Assembly (NCBI GenBank): GCA_018401755.1
Contig: JAGYKJ010000003.1
Span: 80,599-144,598, forward strand
Direction of reading: 5' to 3'
DNA from: Litorivicinus sp.
Lineage (GTDB): Bacteria; Pseudomonadota; Gammaproteobacteria; Pseudomonadales; Litorivicinaceae
Length of the DNA: 64,000 nucleotides
The position numbers and the translations under genes were made by a program. Shown here one piece after another: positions 60,553-64,000 of this stretch; position 1 is the stretch's first letter; the number at the start of each line of letters is the position of its first letter. Under the pieces are notes generated by a model. It saw nothing but the letters and a program-made list of their open reading frames with translations, did not search any database and was not told the origin of the DNA.

Positions 60553-61305
60553 ATGACCCAGCGCGGGATTTATTTACTGCCGAACGTGTTGACGACAGTA
60601 GGCCTCTTGGCTGGGTTTTTCTCGATTATCACGGCCACTCGCGCTGTCTATCAGGGCGTTGGTTTATTTGAGACTGCAGCGATTGCGATTTTGGTCGCCG
60701 GTATCTTTGATGGCTTAGACGGGCGAGTGGCTCGTCTGACCAATACGCAAAGCGAGTTTGGCGCTCAGTATGATTCGCTTGCAGATATCGTCGCTTTTGG
60801 GGTCGCCCCGGCGGTGCTTGTCTTTAGTTGGTCCTTATCAGCTTTGGGTAAATTGGGTTGGGTGGCCGCTTTTATTTACGTAGCCGGAACGGCCCTGCGG
60901 TTGGCCCGGTTCAATGTGCAGCGGGATGCGACTGATTCTAACTACTTTGTTGGCTTAGCCTGTCCAGCTGCAGCATTTTTCCTCGCGTCAGCGGTGTGGT
61001 CTCTTGTCTCGCATCAGATTCAGGGCGAGACCGTTGCCTTTACGATGGTCATGCTCACGGCGGTGTGCGGGCTCTTAATGGTCAGCTCTATTCCGTACCC
61101 ATCGTTTAAGAATTCTGATCTTAAAGCGCGTGTCTCACTCTTAGCCATTATGGCCGCAGCCTTGTTGTTTGCTTTTATTTCGTTGGATCCTCCACGGGTA
61201 TTATTATTGCTTACGACCGTCTATTTGATCAGTGGTCCTGTGCTGTGGACTCGCCAGCGGATTCAGGGTGCGCGTGTCCCGATGAGGCACGATGACGAGC
61301 CTTAG
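60553..61305 (+). CDS. pssA: CDP-diacylglycerol--serine O-phosphatidyltransferase (CDP-alcohol phosphatidyltransferase type)
   Basis: DGLDGRVARLTNTQSEFGAQYDSLAD is the CDP-alcohol transferase motif D(x)2DG(x)2AR...G(x)3D(x)3D. Polytopic protein. It follows ilvC, as in Pseudomonas. Confidence 0.9.
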   Translation: MTQRGIYLLPNVLTTVGLLAGFFSIITATRAVYQGVGLFETAAIAILVAGIFDGLDGRVARLTNTQSEFGAQYDSLADIVAFGVAPAVLVFSWSLSALGKLGWVAAFIYVAGTALRLARFNVQRDATDSNYFVGLACPAAAFFLASAVWSLVSHQIQGETVAFTMVMLTAVCGLLMVSSIPYPSFKNSDLKARVSLLAIMAAALLFAFISLDPPRVLLLLTTVYLISGPVLWTRQRIQGARVPMRHDDEP

Positions 61306-61518
61306 TCGATTGCTCCAGTCAATCGATTCGATCGTCATTCTCTACTTGCACGACGCCATTGAACTTGGCATGCTCGGGGCATGAACACGATGCGTATGGT
61401 ACTTATCTGTCTCCTCGCTGCCCGACTGCCCTGACGGGCATCAAACTCGTTCGTCACATCCATTGCTATTTCTTCTTTATATTCGAGCCGCGGTGATGCC
61501 GCCGTCTGGGAGAACACC

Positions 61519-63069
61519 ATGTCGAAAGATCGATTAATTATTTTTGATACCACCTTGCGTGATGGCGAGCAAAGTCCAGGCGCCTCGATGACGAAGGACG
61601 AAAAAGTCAGAATCGCGAAGATGCTGGAACGGTTACGAGTCGACGTGATTGAAGCGGGTTTTGCGGTCGCAAGCCCTGGCGACTTTGAGGCCGTGAAGGC
61701 TGTTGCGAGCGTTATTACAGAGTCCACCGTGTGCTCGTTAGCGCGGGCGCTGGATAAAGATATTGAGGCCGCAGCGGCGGCCATTGCGCCTGCGCCCCGG
61801 CGACGCATCCACACGTTTATTGCCACGAGCCCGATTCATATGCAGCACAAGCTGAAGATGACCCCTGACCAAGTCATCGAGCAGGCCGTTTATGCCGTTA
61901 AGAAGGCGCGTCAGTACACCGATGATGTGGAGTTTTCTGCGGAAGATGCCGGGCGCAGTGATCTTGATTTCTTGGCTCGTGTGTTTGAGGCTGCGATTCA
62001 GGCTGGGGCGACCACCTGTAATTTCCCAGATACCGTTGGTTATAACCTGCCTTTCCAGATTGAAGAGACGATCCGTGCGCTGTTGACCAAGATCCCGAGT
62101 GCAGACAAGGCAATTTTCTCAGTGCATTGCCACAATGACTTAGGGCTTGCAGTGGCTAATAGTCTTGCCGCCGTTCGCGCTGGCTGCCGTCAGATCGAAT
62201 GCACGATCAATGGCTTGGGCGAGCGCGCTGGAAACACCTCCCTAGAGGAAGTTGTGATGGCGATCAAAACGCGCGCGGATATCGTGGATGTCGAGACGCA
62301 TATTGCGACTCAATTCATCGTTCCTGCGTCACGATTGGTGTCATCAATCACAGGATTTCCGGTGCAGCCAAATAAGGCCATTGTGGGCGCAAATGCCTTT
62401 GCTCACGAGTCTGGAATCCATCAAGACGGGGTGTTGAAGCACCGTGAAACCTACGAAATCATGCGGGCTGAAGACGTCGGCTGGCATGCAAATAAAATGG
62501 TGATGGGAAAGCATTCCGGTCGCGCAGCCTTTAAGGCGCGTTTAGAAGAGTTGGGAATTGCCTTAGCGAGTGACGATGCGGTAAATGATGCGTTTGCCCG
62601 ATTCAAGGATCTTGCCGATCGTAAGCATGAAATCTTTGATGAAGACATTCAGGCATTGATGAATGCACAGCAGGCAGAGTCGACGTCGATGCGATTTGAG
62701 CTCCTTGATCTTGAGGTCACGTCAAAAATGGGCGTTGCACCGACGGCTCATTTGGAGTTACGCATGGATGGCGAGGTGATCAAAACGACTGCCAAGGGGG
62801 ACGGCCCCGTGGATGCGGCACTTCGTGCGATTGAAGCAGTTGCGCGATCAGGAGCCGATCTGCAACTTTACTCGGTCAATGCCATCACAACAGGGACAGA
62901 CTCGCAAGGCGAGGTGACTGTTCGGCTGGAAAGAGCCGGTCGGATTGTCAATGGATTAGGGGCGGATACGGATATTGTGGTGGCTTCAGCGAAGGCCTAC
63001 CTGCATGCTCTGAACTTGATCGAAAAGCCGCTTGAGAGACAACACCCACAACAGCTTGAGGGTATCTGA
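61519..63069 (+). CDS. leuA: 2-isopropylmalate synthase
   Basis: [30 protein letters not shown] and a C-terminal LeuA dimerisation/regulatory domain. 516 aa. Confidence 0.95.
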   Translation: MSKDRLIIFDTTLRDGEQSPGASMTKDEKVRIAKMLERLRVDVIEAGFAVASPGDFEAVKAVASVITESTVCSLARALDKDIEAAAAAIAPAPRRRIHTFIATSPIHMQHKLKMTPDQVIEQAVYAVKKARQYTDDVEFSAEDAGRSDLDFLARVFEAAIQAGATTCNFPDTVGYNLPFQIEETIRALLTKIPSADKAIFSVHCHNDLGLAVANSLAAVRAGCRQIECTINGLGERAGNTSLEEVVMAIKTRADIVDVETHIATQFIVPASRLVSSITGFPVQPNKAIVGANAFAHESGIHQDGVLKHRETYEIMRAEDVGWHANKMVMGKHSGRAAFKARLEELGIALASDDAVNDAFARFKDLADRKHEIFDEDIQALMNAQQAESTSMRFELLDLEVTSKMGVAPTAHLELRMDGEVIKTTAKGDGPVDAALRAIEAVARSGADLQLYSVNAITTGTDSQGEVTVRLERAGRIVNGLGADTDIVVASAKAYLHALNLIEKPLERQHPQQLEGI

Positions 63070-63788
63070 TGTCGGTGTTACCTGCGGCAGAGGCACGCGC
63101 CTTACTTGATGCCATGGGTATTTCGGTCGTGAAGCTACGGCATCCTGAGAGTCTGGATGTCGCCCAGCCGATTGAGTCGCAGGGTGCATTGGCCCGCCTG
63201 CCGGAGGTGTTCCCTGAACCATCGACTGAGGTGATCGTAGAGCCGTTGCAGTCTGCGGAGGTTGAGGTATCGGTCATTGCTGAGCGCACACCTGATACGT
63301 CGACAGAGATCGATATTACCTCGGCACTCGATACAGGGCTGACGCCATCTGTGCACCAGACGATCGTGGTGTGCCCCCCATTCTCTGTGATTTCGGCACG
63401 CAGCCAGCATGTGTTGCTGGTGAGTGAATTACCCGAGTGGTCTGGAGGCCTATTGGATGGTCGTTTGGGCGCGTTACTGGGAGATGTGATGCAATCGCTC
63501 GGTTGTGAGCGGGAAGCTGTGGACTGGCAGTATTTTCGCTGGCCGTTGCCTGGGTTGGCTGACCACTCTCAAGAGGCAGCTCATGATGCGCTGGATGCAT
63601 GGATCCATCGGCGTTGGGGCGAGCTTGACGGGGGTGACTCGCTGATGCTGGTTCACTTGAGTCAGTTGAATCCGGTCGATCTTGTGCCAGATGCCATTGT
63701 TTTACCTGCATTGGATCAACTCCTCGTGAGTCCAGCACTGAAACAATCACTATGGCAATCGCTCAGTCGTCATGCGCGTTCAGCCTGA
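63069..63788 (+). CDS. possible DNA polymerase III psi subunit (HolD-like), long form
   Basis: It lies directly upstream of rimI, as holD does in E. coli. The N-terminus ARALLDAMGISVVKLRHP resembles psi QLQQLGITQWSLRRP, and the C-terminus ...SPALKQSLWQSL resembles psi ...ARAALWQQI. Recognition is weak. The start overlaps the leuA stop. Confidence 0.45.
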   Translation: MSVLPAAEARALLDAMGISVVKLRHPESLDVAQPIESQGALARLPEVFPEPSTEVIVEPLQSAEVEVSVIAERTPDTSTEIDITSALDTGLTPSVHQTIVVCPPFSVISARSQHVLLVSELPEWSGGLLDGRLGALLGDVMQSLGCEREAVDWQYFRWPLPGLADHSQEAAHDALDAWIHRRWGELDGGDSLMLVHLSQLNPVDLVPDAIVLPALDQLLVSPALKQSLWQSLSRHARSA

Positions 63789-63807
63789 GTCACTCCATTT
63801 TCGGTTG

Positions 63808-64000
63808 ATGCAGACCTCAGATTTCGATGCGGTCTGTGCGCTTGAAACTGCGGCGTATTCGCATCCTTGGTCACGCGCCATCGTTGGTGGATGCACTGAG
63901 GTTGGGTATCGGATCTGGCTAGGCGAGCTTGACGGCATCCATGTTTGCCAGGGTTTTTTATCGGTTGCGGCCGGTGAGGCGCATATTTTGAATTTGGCGG
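63808..64000 (+). CDS. rimI: ribosomal-protein-alanine N-acetyltransferase, N-terminal part (runs off the window end)
   Basis: My translation gives MQTSDFDAVCALETAAYSHPWSRAIVGGCTEVGYRIWLGELDGIHVCQGFLSVAAGEAHILNLA. The HPWS and ...EAHILNLA(V) pattern matches the RimI GNAT N-terminus. It is not in the ORF track because there is no stop in the window. Confidence 0.7.
   Translation, partial: MQTSDFDAVCALETAAYSHPWSRAIVGGCTEVGYRIWLGELDGIHVCQGFLSVAAGEAHILNLA

Noticed and set aside
61381-61440. 17-codon mini-ORF (MNTMRMVLICLLAARLP) upstream of leuA, with a 6-bp inverted repeat TGCCCG/CGGGCA around its stop. I considered it as a leucine attenuation leader.
   Set aside because: There is no run of consecutive Leu codons. 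The stem is short and not followed by a U-tract. I cannot support an attenuator from sequence alone.

Overview
Chromosomal window from a proteorhodopsin-bearing, probably marine gammaproteobacterium. This is an inference: from memory, gene order at 35.3-57.2 kb is collinear with Pseudomonas aeruginosa PAO1 PA4569->PA4542. There are about 75 densely packed protein genes, many joined by 1-17 nt start/stop overlaps. I saw no rRNA, tRNA, CRISPR array, transposase or integrase. Content in order: (1) crtB (partial)-crtI-crtE-proteorhodopsin on the minus strand. (2) argJ, a Nudix-ThiE-like fusion, yacG and coaE. (3) A reduced pilD-pilC-pilB / pilA type IV pilus locus. (4) An ~11-kb block I read as a Pho-regulated phosphorus-stress island: PAP2 lipid phosphatase, GT4 glycosyltransferase, a PhnZ-like HD oxygenase fused into a phnGHIJKLMNP C-P lyase operon, and olsB-olsA. 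It is marked by 11-bp-phased Pho-box repeat arrays. (5) An HNH / glutamine amidotransferase / asparaginase-II string. (6) A ligase-associated DNA-damage-response operon (exonuclease, ATP-dependent ligase, Lhr-core helicase, PdeM) that continues through overlapping codons into three unrelated genes, including a folM-like SDR. (7) A PlpD-type patatin autotransporter. (8) Housekeeping genes: ispB, rplU-rpmA-obg-proB, rpsT, murJ, ribF, ileS, lspA, fkpB, ispH, a miniature minor-pilin cluster, thiO-like, nadE, bamD, rluD, pgeF, clpB, ilvIHC, pssA, leuA, holD-like, rimI. Most notable observations: (a) the Pho island, with PAP2+GT4 as a candidate PlcP-independent glycolipid-remodelling module and an HD oxygenase translationally coupled to C-P lyase; (b) three single-base frame anomalies (pilA frameshift, pilB stop loss with a 290-nt overlap into pilC, murJ-ribF in frame with no stop); (c) a minimal, partly degenerate type IV pilus gene set. 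All function calls rest on motif and architecture recognition by eye. No database search or computation was run. The ORF track shows TTG/GTG starts as M, and I re-set several starts.
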